DNA from: Amoebidium appalachense
Taxonomy: Eukaryota; Protista; Ichthyosporea
Assembly: GCA_963693365.1 (NCBI GenBank)
Contig: CAVNZM010000003.1
Coordinates: forward strand, 2,522,408-2,586,407
Length of the DNA stretch: 64,000 nucleotides
Direction: 5' to 3'
Numbering within the stretch: the stretch's first letter is position 1; each line of letters starts with the position of its first letter. Under the pieces are notes generated by a model. The model made no database searches, had not been told where the DNA came from, and saw nothing but the letters and a program-made list of their open reading frames with translations. Below are positions 1 through 26,083 of this stretch, one piece after another. The position numbers and the translations under genes are program-made.

Positions 1-528
1 CAACATGCAAGTTAGAAAGTTCCTTATGATTTAAGTGTTTTCACGATGACAGGTAGCACTTGGCCCAAGAAAGAAACTAGCATGCTGGACATCAATTAGT
101 ATGAGTAGTGAAAATAGTATTACAGGTTAATGAAGGAAAAACTGGATAGACTTAATCGTCAGAGGCTTGGCTGACTTTGCTTATTCAACGAAAGGCAGCA
201 CCTACTTTAGTGCATGCAGGGCAGACACGGATCATTCCTTCCAATTGGTACTAGTATGTATAATACTGTGAAAACAGAATGCACGCGGAAAAAAAGTATA
301 AAAGATATGTCTTGTACATTTTTTTATTTATTTATTTTTTTTTTTTTTTTTGGGGGGGGGGGGGGGGGGAGGGAGGGGGAAGGAGCAATATCATCGGATA
401 ACTAGAAGAAGTTTCGCAGCGTTACTTGAGAGGGGCATGGGCCTATCCCCAGATCTGAAAAAGCCACCAACATGACCACAGCCGTGCCCTTATATGAAGC
501 TTCTAGAGAGTTCCAGTAATTTCAGTAC

Positions 529-11751
<11,223 letters not shown>

Positions 11752-11998
11752 CTTTGCGCCTATGTGCTATAGTGCCTGCACTCAAGGCACACCAAAAAAA
11801 TTGTGTTTTCTGCTTATTGTCAAACCATGACAATATGCAGATTTGTGGGCACTGCGGTTGCTTTTATGGCTGAGAGGCCGCGCCAGTGCTGGTAAGAAGC
11901 CTTCGTTCAAGAGCGAGCCTCAGATCCGAGTTGAATGAAGATGCCCACAGATTGTGTGCGCCTCTGACCTCTTCTCGGGTCCGACCGAAAACGCAGCC

Positions 11999-12175
11999 AT
12001 GACGAAGGGTACGTCCAGTTTCGGAAAGCGCCACAACAAGACGCACACACTGTGCGTCCGTTGTGGGAAGCGCTCGTACCACATCCAGAAGTCGACATGC
12101 GCTGCCTGCGGCTACCCGTCTGCCCGTAAGCGCACCTACCAGTGGGGCCAGAAGGCCATCCGCCGCAAGACCTCT
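11999..12175 (+). pseudogene. RPL37: 60S ribosomal protein L37 (eL37) N-terminal fragment, apparently 3'-truncated
   Basis: ATG 11999 gives [58 protein letters not shown], unmistakable eL37 with an intact C4 zinc finger. Similarity stops at about 12172. A possible donor follows (TCT|gtacat), but I found no downstream exon encoding GTGRMR. Unspliced, the frame runs into unrelated AT-rich sequence and stops at 12301. Confidence 0.8.
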
Positions 12176-13125
12176 GTACATGTCGAGCCGTATTTCTCTT
12201 TCGAACTCCATCACATATATTATTATGATTCATCGACGTCCATGTACTGTACATGTGAATGTCTCCGGACATGGCCATGTTTATCAATATTTGAAATTTG
12301 AATATATGCATGAGAAAACGCCTATAGTAGTGGGGCTTAGAGAGATGTCTTCATAAGAACCGGTTTACGCATCAGCTAATTTTGCAAGTGGGCGCCGGCG
12401 TGCTGACCTGAGTACCTATAGATATAATTATAACTATGTATACACGTCTGTTTAAGTAAAGCATTTTCCTTTGTTTATAACATAAAATTCCTGTTTAATA
12501 ATGTATCACACGCGAACACAAGCACGCAGAGCAAGAGAGGAGTTTTGGCCACCGGTATACTGCAGCTGTAGGCTGTACCAACCAGAAAAGTGCGTTCGGG
12601 GGCTGGCGATATATATATATCTGACCGCGAGATCTAGATCTAGATGCATTTCATAACTTATTCCGAGACCATTCTTCGATCGAAGATCTGCCAATCATTT
12701 ACCTGCATTTGTTGTTACAACAGTGTAGCAACCCTGTTTCAGTTCACGACAATAGGTAGTTTTCATGCTTAGAAGATCCAAAGAAGCATAATATTTGGGC
12801 CATTGGCCGGGTGTGTACTTATATGATCATTTCCTTCTTTTCCTTGCCAGTCTTTTATGATTGATGGCCTTGTTTTCTACTCTTGACTCGGCGGACGCAG
12901 ACTGTCGACGTCAGACAAGCTCGTCAGACATGTGCAGCGCTAGCACCAAAACTTTGAACGCACGAGCTCCTCGATTGTACCTTCCTAATTTGGATAGACC
13001 CCACTAATGCATTATTTGAGTAAAACTTTGCTTAGCTTGTTCAATATGTGGGTAAAAATCTATTATACGCCCATACAGCCGAAGCCTAATAGCATATTAT
13101 ATATCATAACAGCCATGCCCCCCCC

Positions 13126-13174
<49 letters not shown>

Positions 13175-13458
13175 CGCGTCGCCCCCTCCACATCCAGCCC
13201 CCCCCCCCCCCCCCCCCCTCTTCCCCAACACACACACACACACCTCCCCCCCCCACCCACCCCCACCACCACCACCACCACTAACCTCCCCGCGCCCCTT
13301 TTCTCCCAACACTAGTACTGCCACGGTCATCATGTGCGACGTGCACGACCGTCAATTGTTCCCATAGCTGGATACGCATCATGATATACGTGTGCGTGTG
13401 TGCGTGCATGTGTGAGCGTGTGTGTGTGCGTGCGTGTGTGCGTTTGTGCGTGTGCGTG

Positions 13459-13526
<68 letters not shown>

Positions 13527-13933
13527 CGTGTGTGTGCACGCGTACGTGTGTGTGTGTGTGTCAGATAGCATCCATCCCCGTACATGTCCGGGCCCAGAGA
13601 CAATATTCCTACTTATTCTTACTATGCAATTATGATATATGTGCATGCAGACATGTGCAAACAGGTATCATTATTATTGTTTGTCGATCTGCCTGCAGCT
13701 GATGCTATATATAGCTACGGTAACCACCAATGCCATACATATGTGATCATGATCGATCTATAGGCTTGTGAGTGCGAGCATGCGGTTTCGTAGATCCGGA
13801 TATTATTATATATGTGAGCACGTGCACACACACGGCGCACACTCACATATGCACACACATACACACACACACACACGCACACTCACATATGCACCCACAT
13901 ACACACACACACTCACACACACACACAAACACA

Positions 13934-13976
<43 letters not shown>

Positions 13977-14074
13977 CCCCCAAAAAAAAACATCGTGGCA
14001 CACAAGAGCTTATAAGTATCATAGTGTGTGTGTGTTTGTGTGTGTGTGTATACTGGGCCTTGGCAAATTTCCTT

Positions 14075-14902
14075 GAAGTAGAAGTTGCCTCCTCTCTATC
14101 TAACAACTGTTGTAAACCTGGGCCTGTAACGCTCTCGATATATGGTCTGGTCTCAATAGCTGCTAGAGTATCCCATCTCGCGCTGAAATTCAATAAGCAC
14201 ATAAGCCGCTTAATGAATTATCTGCCCTCCAACCCTCTCTTCTCTATCCGACCTGTCCCCTCCCCACCTCTCCCCTCTTTCCTTCCCTCCCTCTCTCCTT
14301 CTTCCCCGGGCACAAATACAAATAAACCCCGCAAAAGTGTGCGTGTGACTTTGGACTGCCACTTACTTATTAGCCATATACAGAATAATTACACAATATA
14401 ACAAATGGAAAAAGATACCACACGACACCAGACCCGATGAAAGCAAACACCTTGAAAAACTAAGCCTTATGTCTCGTTTGAAATATAATGACCGCCTTAA
14501 CCATATTGCCAAATGTGGCATTCGCAAATGTATAACACCTAAATACATGTTACCTTCCTGTAGAACTGGTCTTTCTCTAGCTGATGGTATTATTGATCAC
14601 TTACCACGCTTTTACTGTACACGTGCTAGACAGTGGAGATCTAATAAGTATAAGGTGGCATCGTTTACATGCCCAAACAACACACACACACACCCCAGTT
14701 TAAACGACCATGTATCGCCAAATGTAGTTTGATAGACCACATAATACCGCAACACACACACGACACATTCACAACAGACACCCAGAAAGATAGCCTACCT
14801 GAAAATTACAACATCCTTGATTTTATACGAAACACACGTAACTATGACCCGTTTAATAGATGTATTGATTGGCTTGCGAAACACATCATTACAAAATTCT
14901 AG
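14075..14902 (+). mobile_element. Probable degenerate 3' fragment of a non-LTR retrotransposon ORF2
   Basis: Overlapping, frameshifted plus-strand frames read GLVSIAARVSHLALKFNKHISRL (like the post-RT region of LINE ORF2), then RFYCTRARQWRSNKY, then RPCIAKCSLIDHII, ending in a stop that runs directly into (CG)n(CA)n. Motif resemblance only. Confidence 0.35.
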
Positions 14903-14906
14903 CGCG

Positions 14907-14996
<90 letters not shown>

Positions 14997-15641
14997 AGCT
15001 GATACCGAGTGTCCCAGGGGAGCCCGGGAAAAAAAACCAAAAAAAAAAACGGGGAACCCAACTAATTGGTTTTCTTAGTCTTTATGGTGCCTCGGAGAGA
15101 AAGTAAACCGTTATATAATCATCACCCGACATCTATGTACTTGATCATGATATACCGCTGAGGGGATATTCCGAGCAACCCCCCCCCCCCATACCTGAGA
15201 CTGGGCTCTGAGACTGGTCTCTGGTCTCTTTGCCTCGAGTAAACAGCGTAAACCCCATATATATAGGTCATAGTAAACCTTTCTGGACAAAGATGTGATT
15301 AATGTAACTTTAACTTTGGTTGTCGGGATAAGGTTAAAAAAAAACTGATCCCCATCCCTTCCCCCCCCCCCCCCCCCCCCGCCCCCCTCCCTCCCTCCCT
15401 TCCCCCCCTCTCCACGTCCCCCCCCCCCTCCCGTTCTCCCCCCCCCCCCTCACTCTCCCCTTCCTCCTCCCCCCTCCCCCCCCAAATATCAACACTAACC
15501 CCGTCCTTTTTTGAACAGCCTATTTACAACTATTGTTTCGGTGGTTTTACTCATCCTCATGATATCAGGGCCATGTCCAGTACTGTTGTACTGGACTAAT
15601 TCACTCTCCCCCCCCCCCTCCCCCCCCCCCCCCCCCCCCCG

Positions 15642-15705
<64 letters not shown>

Positions 15706-15713
15706 CTCTCCCT

Positions 15714-15765
<52 letters not shown>

Positions 15766-15785
15766 CTCTCTCTCCCTCTCTCTCC

Positions 15786-15831
<46 letters not shown>

Positions 15832-15848
15832 CCTCTCCCTCTCCCCCC

Positions 15849-15915
<67 letters not shown>

Positions 15916-16746
15916 CCTCCCTCCGAGTCTCACACACACACTCTCTCTACTCTCTCTATGTCTCTCTCTCTCTCTTTCTCTCCCCCCCCCCCCCCCTCCT
16001 GCGCCCCTCCCCTGCCCCCCCCTCCCCCTGGCTCCCCACCACCACCCCGCACCCCACCGCCACTCACCTACCATCAACACCACCTGTCCTTCCATGAACT
16101 TCCACACCCACTGGCCTTCGGGCATCAAGCAAGCAGGTAGTGTGGCTCGGCAAGAGGTGGCACAGTTAGAAAACAAGTGTTGGCTGTGTGCTTGGAGTGG
16201 TGGGAATACACGAGGTGCCAAGGTTGCGCAGGGGGGTGTCATGGGAAGGGCTAGTGGGGGGAGGGGGAGGGGGCGGGGGGGGGTCATACAAGTTGGACAG
16301 GGGAGGAACAGTCCATGTGTGGGTGTGGGTGTGGGTGTGTGTGTTTGGGGGGAGAGGAGGGGAGCCTCAGGGGGATGGGAAGGGATAGAGCAGTTTGGAC
16401 AGGTAAAGGGATGATATGGGTAAGGGGAGTACAAGGGGGAGAGGGGGTCAGCCAGTTAATTATAGAGCGGGGTTGGAGGGGGTCAAGGTGGTTTGTGTAC
16501 TCTGCTGAGGAGGCATAATAAGGTGGCGATTGAAGAGGACTAAGTAGGGAAGAGGTTGCATTGCCAAGGGACTACATAATATTATCATGTATAGCCCTGC
16601 CGTGTCCCTGGTGTGGTTGCAAGCAAGTGTATGAAGGAGAGAAGGAGAGGCGTATGGGTATAGGAGAGCAAACATAAATTAACACTCAGGTGGTCGCGGT
16701 TGTTGTTGTTTAAGGTTGGGGGGGTGGGCGGGGGGATTGGGTGGGT

Positions 16747-16777
<31 letters not shown>

Positions 16778-17694
16778 GGGGGGGGGGGGGGGGGGGGGGA
16801 TGCGGGGCAGTAGGTTTTCGCGATCGGCTGTCGCGGTGTCTGTGTACACGACTGTGTGTTCATATGTCTGGTGAGAGGGGGCCGGGCTGGAGGGTAAACT
16901 TTTTGCCAAAATGGAGGGTAAATTGTTGCCAAAAATGATTGCAGGAAATACCAGCAATTCTGGAAATCACAATTTTTTTTCTTTAATTTTATCCGATTTG
17001 AATTATCTGTTGGTTTGAGCGTAGCTATGCAAAAGTCTATAACGGGAAAAAGCTGTGCACACGGTGACCGTGGCACTGATAAAGGTATCAGAATATGTGT
17101 CATATGCTCAAGGGTCGTGATCATTGACTATGGCTTATTTTGACGGATTTCAAAATTTTGGCCCAAGTTGTTGATGGTTGTGTGTAAGAGGGGCCGCAAT
17201 AATGGTGGAAAAAAATCTCGCACATAATACATGAACGAGTTTTTTCTTTTCTTTTTCTTTTTCTTTTTCTTTTTCTTTTTCTTTTTAATTTTCCCTCCTC
17301 TCATATTTGATAAGGCTGTGTTGCAAGGAAATCCCAATATTTTTAGTAGCGCTGGGAATGGAAGGCGGGGAAGGGGGGAGGGGGGGGGGAGGGGGGGGGG
17401 GGGGGGAGGGGGAGGGGGGGGGGGGGGGGGGTGATGGGGTGGCTACTCCTGCTAGCGTTAAGTAGTGGTTCACTCTTTGCAAGTTTCTGCCTTAAGTCCC
17501 TCAAGTTTTGCGCACCACACTGCCGACATAGTAATATAGTCACGCAAACACCGTGACAGACACATGTGCGTGCACACACTTAGACACAGTCACACAGACC
17601 GTACTTATATGTCACGCACGTACACACATGCGCGTGCGTGCGCGTACGTACAAACACCGGGGGTTGGTAAGTGGCAAACGTGACCATGACCAAT

Positions 17695-17806
17695 GCAAAC
17701 CTCGGGAATACTCTGCAGCGCAAACCTCGGGAAAGGCATGCAGTGCAAACCTCGGGAATAGTATGCAGCGCAAACCTCGGGAATAGTATGCAGTGTAAAC
17801 CTTGGG
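17695..17806. repeat. 25-bp minisatellite, about 4.5 copies
   Basis: Head-to-tail units of GCAAACCTCGGGAATAGTATGCAGY with few substitutions. Confidence 0.9.
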
Positions 17807-18783
17807 TAGATGTGACCCACAAAGAGGCCCATGCATGCTGCCTAACTAAATACGCAAGCTCTGTCTCCTGGGTGCTTCTAAGTTTTAGATACACCAACAA
17901 GCATGCCCCACGGCAAGAATATTGATAAGGTTTAATGGGTGCACTCATGTACGCAAACCAGCCTCCGAGTCTCCCCTACACTATAAATCAGTGGTTTAAA
18001 GAGCACCAGTCCTCGGCCCTTTGCCCTCTAATCATGCCCATCTAACTCCTTTCAGTTTCTACACATGTACACGGTATTTTCACTTGACTTTTACACTAAG
18101 TTTTGAGCTCCGAGTGACTACAGTTATTTCCGAGCGGCTTAATTCCCTACGGCTTTCGTATACCATGCTCTTCTCTCCCTTCATATAGCTATACCAACAT
18201 ACCCTGTCAGGCTGTGGCACTTCCTAAATGGTATAACAAACTGTTTCGAGCTCAAACGGGTTCTTTTAGGGATCCGGGCTAATTTACACCCAAAAGAGGT
18301 TCGTGCCGCATAAGTTATGATTGGCGAGATGAGCACCAAGTGACCCTTTGGCTTGACCCGAATGGGCCTCAAATGATAAAACGTCACCTAAAACCTTCCC
18401 TTCAAATAGTGACTCAGAGGCGAGTTGGCTCATTCCTTGACTTTTGTAGCCCGGCCTCACTGAGAAAACGCTTAGAACCCTCTTCTCGTCCCATCCCAAA
18501 AAAATGTATGAGAAGCCACGTGCGCGACAAACAGGTGGGCGGCACACCAGCAAAAATTCTCTAATAATCTCTGATGACGGCCCGGGCACAGCACTGGCAG
18601 AGTATGATCATCATCACTGATGATGACACCATGTGTCTAATCATCAATTTTTCTTTCTCCTTTACCACCCTCTGTTTCTTGTGGACGACAAATGTTGTTC
18701 AACTTTTTCGTCTGCCCTTTTGGTTGAGTATAAGTTGTTGCTTCAAGCACTGTACTACAGTAGTAGTAGTGCAGTCACCCAAG

Positions 18784-18816
<33 letters not shown>

Positions 18817-18854
18817 CGCACACACACACACACACACTCACTCACTCACACAAG

Positions 18855-18992
<138 letters not shown>

Positions 18993-19484
18993 GACATTTG
19001 CATAATCTGGTGACGGTAAGAAAGCCAGTCAAGAAAAAGGATCATCGGAATCAACCTACCGGAAGGCTTTCAACAGCATCATCATGATGCCAAACTGGGT
19101 TTTTATGAAAAAGCTGTGTGTTTAAAACCTTTGAAAGAAAAAAGGTGGGGAGGGGGTGAGGGGGGAGGTTGACGAACGAAACACAGAATACATTAATGAG
19201 GAAATTTGCACCAGTGCAGGGTGAGGGTTATGCAAAAATGCAATGCAAAGGGCTCTCCGTCTGTGTCCGTGACCCTACTACGTAGTGTGTTTGTGTGCAA
19301 TTTTTGTGTGTGTGTGTGTGTGTGTGTCGGTGTGTACGGGCACACGTGTTCTTTTGCTAGCTCAGGGCTTGAAATCCGAATCATTTTGCGATAACTTTTG
19401 GGTGGCATTTGTTTACTTGTGCAGGATCTCTCTTCTCCCCCTCTCTTTCTACCCCCCCCCCCCCCCTCTCCCTTCCTCTCCCTC

Positions 19485-20769
<1,285 letters not shown>

Positions 20770-22794
20770 CTCCCCCCCCCCCACCCCCCCCCCCCCCCCC
20801 CCCCCCCTCCCCGGGCCCCTCTCCTACCATGCCCCCGGGCATGGGCAGGCACCACCACATGTACAAGCCAACTCTGAACTCCCTTTCTTTACTACACCAT
20901 CCACCCATCCACTTCCGACCCACTCTAATAAAAAACCAGTGGCCTACTATTATTAGCACAAATCCCCTCATCAGCATCCCGGCGTTGTAGGCCTTCTCCC
21001 CCAACCGACCGCCGGCGTTCGAAGCATTGCCGTTGTATTTATAGGTAATTATTATAGGTAATTATTAGTTATGTTTCGCAATCATGCAGGATTTACGGCG
21101 ATTCTTTTGAGACCTAAAATAGAATATATATATATATATTTGAGACTGTTCAAGCAGATTTATTATCGAACACCATGGCACCATCTGGCGAGTCGACGTC
21201 GGCCTTCAAGAAAGTTTGTGGGTTCTTGGTCCAAAAACACGAAGTGCCGAAACCCTCGTTGATTGGCTATAATTGCTACTGATGGTCCCCCAAACTCTCC
21301 CAGAAGGTACGTGCGACCTTCAGGCTGTCGATTTCCGGTTTTCGTTCGATAATGATTCTGACGAGTCAGTGACGACGATTCATATGATGTATTAAGTGAT
21401 CGTAATTGCTGGAGTGTAGGTATATATAATCATATATTACAGGAAAGAACCCTCACGGCTTATAATTTGGACTGGTACAGCTGAAACATCTGAAGAGCGG
21501 CTCGAAGTTCGAAGTTCGAACTTTCAAGTTCAACTCCACGGAAATCGACACTTTCTGCGGTATGTGCTGCGAAAGCAAGGTTTTGGGGGTCTAAAAATAG
21601 ACCAATCATAGTAATTAAATTTTGATAAACAGTTACTATTGGCACAGAGCGCATCAATATTTCTTTTAATAGCAGTATGGCGTCATATCCGAGGGCGAGG
21701 CTAGCCGAACAATGAGAAAACACGGCTTGTAAGTAGAAGATAAACATTGATATATCCAGCTGCATAATGAAATTCTTATTGAACTTTTGTAATGTACAAA
21801 TACTGCACACGTGCACGACTTACACAGCCCCATTCGTTACGAGACTGGGCCAGCTGCAGTCGCTCACGCGTTTGTATGGCGGCCATACCGTATTGCACGT
21901 GCGAAATGTACGTGCAATTCCTTGAACGTGGAAGTTTGCTATCACCAGTGCACGTGACTTGAAGGTTGTTTTACAATACTTACTGTATTGATCAATATTT
22001 CGGCCATCCTTCTCCTCCAGTCGCATTCAACCTACACCTGCCCAGTCAAGCTCTCCAAAACTCGAGCTCAACATGATTACGTCCCGTTCTTTGTTTTGCT
22101 TACTACCGACTTTCCACTTTCAACTGCAAAGCCGATATCGCCAGCTGCACATTTGTTGGAATGCGCGGAGCTGCAAGATTTTGGTTTGTTTGTTCTCTGT
22201 CGAGTGAGCATTGAGCAATAATGAGCACGTACCACATATAAGACAGTCGTATCGCCGTGCACAGGTAGCCAAGACCGAAGCTTGACAAGTCACGCCCGCG
22301 CCCCAAAGGCCCCCAAACCGTTATTTTACCTGACAAAAGTTCCAGACCGCGTGACAAACGAACATAGCAACATAGAAGGGAAGACGGTTACGCTATGTAC
22401 AAGAACCAGTAACGCCTGTTTACGTAACGGTTATTATTATTCATAGGATTCTGCTGTGGCGCCACCACAAACGATATCCTGTCTGTAGGTTGCCACACTG
22501 AGTAGTATTGGGCACGGTTTTCACACGGTGTAGCAACACAATCACTCCCTTTAGTTAGTGTTCTATAACTCAAAAAAACAAAACTGAGTTAGAACCGTCA
22601 ATGATGTTGTCTTATTATTGATGTATAGTGCACCGGTCATATAATGTAGTGTATGTAATGCCGCACATTAGCTAAAATCACTTTGAGTACAGCATTTATT
22701 ATTGACCAGAACAAGGTACTTAACGGTTAATATACTTAACGGTTAATATACATGGGTAGCTACCTGGTTGCAAACTAAATTTAGTTGATAAGAT

Positions 22795-24399
22795 ATGGGT
22801 GCTCCAACAAACATGGAACAAACAGTCAGGCTACAGTCAGACTGTGATGCAATATCAAGCACCATGCACGAAAATCCCCCTTGCTACATCAACACTACAA
22901 CATTAACCGGGGCCGAATTGGAAATAGCGCTTGCAAAGTTTGCCAAAACATGCACCATAGATGCCGAGTCCCAAAGTCTAAAAACATACCGCCAATACTC
23001 TAGCCCACGCATCACTGGCATCCCAACACCGCCCGCCCACTCCATCCGCTACGCCAAATTATTCGCCGTTGTCCTGTTCGTTGCTTTTTGCACAACGTTC
23101 ACACTCACAATTGTGACGGAGGCTTCATCAGCGGGGTTTCTCGAAGGGCAAGGGGGAAGATACCTCAACCATCAGCTTGTGGCGCTTGCATACAGCATGT
23201 TGGTGTGCGTGGTTCTACTTATCGCAGCCCTGCTAATTATAGTTGCATACTACTACAAGCACCGGAATGAGCTGTTGAGGAGAAGGGGCCGCCTACCCAT
23301 GCACATTCTCATCACGTCCTCCATAGGAGTGTTGATGAACCTGCAACACATTGCACTGAGTTGGTTGAGCACGCACACAAACACCATCCCTTACTCCGTC
23401 TGGTCGTCGAAATTCTTCTATATTCCTTTCCTGTTCATCCCGAACCATTTCTCGCGGTTGTTCGTCGTCCTGCCACTTATTATCCTCTTGGGACGACTTG
23501 TCATCGTCTACTACCGCAGCGCGAAATTCATGCAGTGGCCCAGCCGAGAACAAGAAAGACACGTTTCGCTTTCTGAACGTCTTGTGTCTATGCGCGGACT
23601 TCACGCGTTTTTAATGTGCATGGGAATCGGCCTTTTACCCGCTGTCGTCGGTGCCTGTGTGGACCTTTACATCCTTTTCACTTACGGCGTTCACACGAGC
23701 CTCACCTACCGCCCGATGGTTCTCTACAAGTATTTTGTGGTCGACGCGTACTCGTGCATTGACCTGTGGTGCACATTCTGTCTGCTTTTGGTGCGTAAAC
23801 AACTGCGCGCACATGATATGGACAACACGTATCTGCTCATGGGTCTTTCGGCCCTAGCGAGCCTGCATGCAGCTACGTCGCACACGCTGGCTGTAACTAC
23901 AATAGGGCAATACCTCGTCACTCTGGTGATTTTTTCCGGCATGCGCATTGTTTACATGGTGGTGCTACTAGTCTTCTACGTTCATCAGATTCGTTCCATG
24001 CGGGAAAAGCCAACGTCGCGCCTTTCGACGAGCATGTACACATCTACGCACACATGCCATGGCGGTGCGGCAACCATCACCATGGAAACACTTCCAACCG
24101 CAGGCCACGCGGCGACAACAGATAAGACGGAGCGGGCGGATTCTTCTAGGCGGTTCCCGAACTTGCAAGAGGTACTTGCAAAGGTCACGCCGCCGCGGGC
24201 ATCTGCGAGAGCGACACGTGTTATGACCAAAAATGGCAACTGGCTTTCAGAGACGTCTGCGGAAGGTGAAGGAATCACTGTGTGCACTCAGACTGGGATG
24301 GAAAGGAGTGACATAAGCAGGCCGGCACAGGCAGCGGTGAAGAGTAAACTGTCTTTTACGGCGTCATGTAGTGAGCCCCGTAGTTCAGATAGTATGTGA
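22795..24399 (+). CDS. Intronless multi-pass membrane protein, 534 aa, 7TM/GPCR-like
   Basis: The only long non-repetitive ORF in the window. It has about 8 hydrophobic segments (e.g. LFAVVLFVAFCTTFTLTIV, LVALAYSMLVCVVLLIAALLIIVAYYY, MHILITSSIGVLM, LFVVLPLIILLGRLVIVYY, YLVTLVIFSGMRIVYMVVLLVFYV) and a Ser/Thr-rich C-terminal tail. Family not identified with certainty. Confidence 0.8.
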   Translation: MGAPTNMEQTVRLQSDCDAISSTMHENPPCYINTTTLTGAELEIALAKFAKTCTIDAESQSLKTYRQYSSPRITGIPTPPAHSIRYAKLFAVVLFVAFCTTFTLTIVTEASSAGFLEGQGGRYLNHQLVALAYSMLVCVVLLIAALLIIVAYYYKHRNELLRRRGRLPMHILITSSIGVLMNLQHIALSWLSTHTNTIPYSVWSSKFFYIPFLFIPNHFSRLFVVLPLIILLGRLVIVYYRSAKFMQWPSREQERHVSLSERLVSMRGLHAFLMCMGIGLLPAVVGACVDLYILFTYGVHTSLTYRPMVLYKYFVVDAYSCIDLWCTFCLLLVRKQLRAHDMDNTYLLMGLSALASLHAATSHTLAVTTIGQYLVTLVIFSGMRIVYMVVLLVFYVHQIRSMREKPTSRLSTSMYTSTHTCHGGAATITMETLPTAGHAATTDKTERADSSRRFPNLQEVLAKVTPPRASARATRVMTKNGNWLSETSAEGEGITVCTQTGMERSDISRPAQAAVKSKLSFTASCSEPRSSDSM

Positions 24400-24511
24400 T
24401 GAGGACTTTGAAACTACAAAACTTTTGACTTGTTAAAGCTACTGGCTAAATCTGCCGAATTTGTAGCAGCCTGGCGAGTTTTTAGGATAGGGCCTGTTCT
24501 TTTGTAGTGCC

Positions 24512-24550
<39 letters not shown>

Positions 24551-25065
24551 GGGGGGGGGGGGGGGGGAAGGGGCAGACTAAAAAGAATGGACAAGAATCC
24601 GTTAGATTTGCCGCATAGTGTCAGACGTTTGTTAGCCTACACGGCAGTTTGTATGAGCTACGGTTTTAAGTACAAGAATTTGCAGCCACCAGATTTGCAG
24701 TAGGCAGATTAAGCCTTGCTTCTTTAGTAATAATTAAATATGTTTAAATATGATTAAGATATATATATTACTAGGTAATGGCAAACAGCAAGCCAAACTC
24801 TTTAATTTCAACCTTGTTCTGCCGGTGTCCCTCACGAGCTGTAGTGCCCTAAACCCAAAAACGTTTGGCAATATATGTTGACTATTCTTATTTTTATCTA
24901 AATATAACGTAATATTAATTAACGATAATCAAAGCACACTTAGCATATGTTATGTAGTCATTAAAATATCCCTACTACTCCATTTTAAAATTAGTTTACA
25001 GCTCAAACCCCATACATGTATTCTGTGCTCAAATAAACGATGTCTTCTATCTACATATGCATCAT

Positions 25066-25097
<32 letters not shown>

Positions 25098-25776
25098 TTT
25101 CTTTCTTTTTTTTTTTTTTGCCGTTTATATAACGAATTCTCGTATATAGGCCATTTTTGGGGGGTGGGCACTGGGCCTCTATCTGAGCACATCTACAGAT
25201 TAGACTAAATTTTGGCCTCAGAAATGCCCCTGGATCGATGAGCTCATCGGGAATACATCCCTGAGAAGACGTCGACTGTGAGAGGCATGCACATAAGAAG
25301 AATACACGTACAGGAAGAATACCACCACCTGCACAAAGATGTCTCTCTTTCTTCAAAACGTCCTATTAAACTCTGCCATTCACCCGTTTATTCTAATTTG
25401 CTGGAAACGGTCGGGGTCACCCACCCCGGGCTCGACCAGGGTCGTGTGGTGCGTAGAGCCCCCCCCCCCCCCCCCCCCCCCCCCCAATACATGTGGGACC
25501 CCCCAAACCCCCGTCTCTCTAGATTATACTGGATAGAGATCTATGGATAGGAGAGGTATGGTCAACCCCCCCCCCCCCCCCAAAAAAAAAAAATAAAAAC
25601 AAATAAAAATAAAAAACTCCCCTCCGGATCCCATTCCGTTACCTTCTCTCGCTCCAGGTGTACTTTTTGTGCCGCTCTTACTGAATAACGTTTTTCGGTT
25701 CTCTAATTTTGAAACTTCGTTTGGTAATATTTATATAGAATACCATTTCTTTTCTTTTATTCTTTTCTTTTTTCCT

Positions 25777-25840
<64 letters not shown>

Positions 25841-25899
25841 TGTATTTGTGTGTGTCTGTGTGTGTGTGTGTGTGCTTGCGTGTGTGCGCGCGCGTGTGT

Positions 25900-26027
<128 letters not shown>

Positions 26028-26045
26028 TTGTGTGTGAGTGAGTGA

Positions 26046-26083
<38 letters not shown>

